Assembly (NCBI GenBank): GCA_025362915.1
Contig: JANYEU010000153.1
Span: 1 to 40,533 of the forward strand
Length of the DNA stretch: 40,533 nucleotides
DNA from: Chitinophagaceae bacterium
Lineage (GTDB): Bacteria; Bacteroidota; Bacteroidia; Chitinophagales; Chitinophagaceae
Reading direction: 5' to 3'
Shown one piece after another: positions 39,411 to 40,533 of this stretch (position 1 is its first letter; each line of letters begins with the position of its first letter). Under the pieces are notes generated by a model, which was not told the origin of the DNA, ran no database searches, and worked only from the letters and a program-made list of their open reading frames with translations. The translations under genes and the position numbers were made by a program.

Positions 39411-39415
39411 AAAAA

Positions 39416-40039
39416 TCAGCATTCAATTTCATTTTGCAATTCAACTGCATATAATTGGAAGTCTTTATATGCCAAAGCCCCTCCGTACCAGGCTAATACG
39501 CTTTCTCGCTCTATGTTGGTGGACTTTTCTGATAGCATTGTTTGATGTGATGAATATGTCCAGTCTTCCATTGATGAACAGAAATGGTGGTGTACAGGAT
39601 TGTTGTGGATGTAATGAACCAACCTGATAAAATAGGCATCATCGGTTACTTGTTTTCTTCGTAGATAGTCAATAAACAATGCCCCTTTTCTGCCAAACAT
39701 TTTATTGTATGCCTGTGCATATCCATTAAGCATATTGCTAAACTGTTGCATCACTATCTTGCTATAATCTTTACTTGGAGTGGTAGCAGTAGGGAATTTT
39801 GTACTATAGAATTGTTCTATTATGGCTTCGTTTTTAACCTGAATAAGAAAATGGAAATGATTTGGCATTAAACAATAAGCATATACTTTACATAACGGGC
39901 TTATATATTGACCAAACTTGATTAGAAAGTATTGGTAGTTTGCATTGTTTCTGAATAAATTTTCGTTGCCAACAGCATGGTTGAATAGGTGGTAATATCC
40001 TTCTGGTTGAAAAGCATCTGTATTGGCAGGCGTGTACAT
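39416..40039 (-). mobile_element. REP-associated tyrosine transposase (RAYT, Y1 HUH family)
   Basis: YYHLFN, AYCLMPNHFHFL (HUH), GALF, YIHNNPV (catalytic Tyr), WTYSS; flanked by palindromes; no tnpB. Confidence 0.92.
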
Positions 40040-40097
40040 GTATTTTTTATTGGTGAAGGTATTGTTTAGTTTTTATAAGCTAATAATTTATGTTTAA

Positions 40098-40190
40098 TTA
40101 ACCCTTATATGTTAACCCTTATATATTAACCCTTATAGGGGCTTGAAGCCCTATAAGGGTTGTGGTTGTGGGTTGCGGTTGCGAGCTGCG
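40098..40190. repeat. REP doublet 5' of the RAYT gene, with 14-bp tandem half-sites and GGTTGY tail
   Basis: TTAACCCTTATA at 40098, 40112, 40126; doublet 40128-40161; then GTGGTTGTGGGTTGCGGTTGCG. Confidence 0.93.
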
Positions 40191-40306
40191 TAGAACACTT
40201 GTATTGCTTGGGATGAAATGGGATAGCGGGGAAGATGTAAGCGAAGGTGTGCGTTAAAGATGGGGCGGAAGCAGGGAGGTTTAGGCGGAGTAGCTGAGGC
40301 TGGATT

Positions 40307-40375
40307 TAAGCGCATTCCAGTTATAAACTGGCTCGACTAATACACACAAGTCATCCTACGGAAGACTTGCGCAAG
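40307..40375 (-). repeat. Dispersed ~70-bp structured element, copy B
   Basis: Homologous to 4691-4763; CAAGTC...GACTTG and CCAGTT...AACTGG hairpins. Confidence 0.75.
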
Positions 40376-40388
40376 AGGGTATTAGATT

Positions 40389-40532
40389 TTAGCAATTGAC
40401 GAGGACTAGCTGGGCAACCTCCTCATTAGCTTCTACTTTTATTTTCTCTGTTTCACACAACTCAAAAAAGAATTTCAATAAAGGCTCACTTCCACTCGAA
40501 TACTTGTTGTCCAGATAATGCGAGTAACCCAA
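40389..40532 (-). CDS. C-terminal fragment of a hypothetical protein (runs off window)
   Basis: Open frame LGYSHYLDNK...AQLVLVNC* from the window edge; only 47 codons visible. Confidence 0.4.
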   Translation of the reverse strand: MGYSHYLDNKYSSGSEPLLKFFFELCETEKIKVEANEEVAQLVLVNC

Positions 40533-40533
40533 T

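Noticed and set aside
39416-40039. IS200/IS605 insertion sequence
   Set aside because: No tnpB, longer than typical IS200 TnpA, YIHNNPV and WxYSS motifs of RAYTs, and the flanking palindrome recurs elsewhere as a stand-alone copy
40098-40190. Telomere-like repeats (TTAACCC / GGGTT)
   Set aside because: Internal location, only three units, and fully explained as reiterated REP ends

Overview
AT-rich Bacteroidota chromosome segment, probably Chitinophagaceae (inferred from gene content and TTTG-N18-19-TAnnTTTG promoters). The core is an intact S10-spc ribosomal protein cluster (rpsJ to rplO, secY, map; 21.3-33.8 kb), detached from both rpsL-rpsG-fusA and infA-rpmJ-rpsM-rpoA and followed by an Smr-less mutS2. 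Other genes: end of a rhamnose-type catabolic locus, tRNA-Asn(GTT), Rieske protein, hflX, ruvB, lnt, ychF, an HNOBA-like PAS hybrid kinase with an Hpt gene, an atypical GH5, and two frameshifted pseudogenes. The most unusual signal is intergenic. (i) A REP-associated tyrosine transposase (RAYT) is flanked by 34-bp REP doublets with tandem-repeat tails, and a third copy 31 kb away has internally flipped arms. (ii) At least six other short palindrome or tandem-repeat families occur, one inside a decayed tRNA-Asn copy and one found twice downstream of cassette-like genes. (iii) Two signal-peptide-less helical plus beta-sandwich hypothetical proteins are present, one preceded by a 41-bp tandem array. 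(iv) A 260-nt multi-hairpin spacer separates rpsJ and rplC. All family assignments are by eye; no searches were run.
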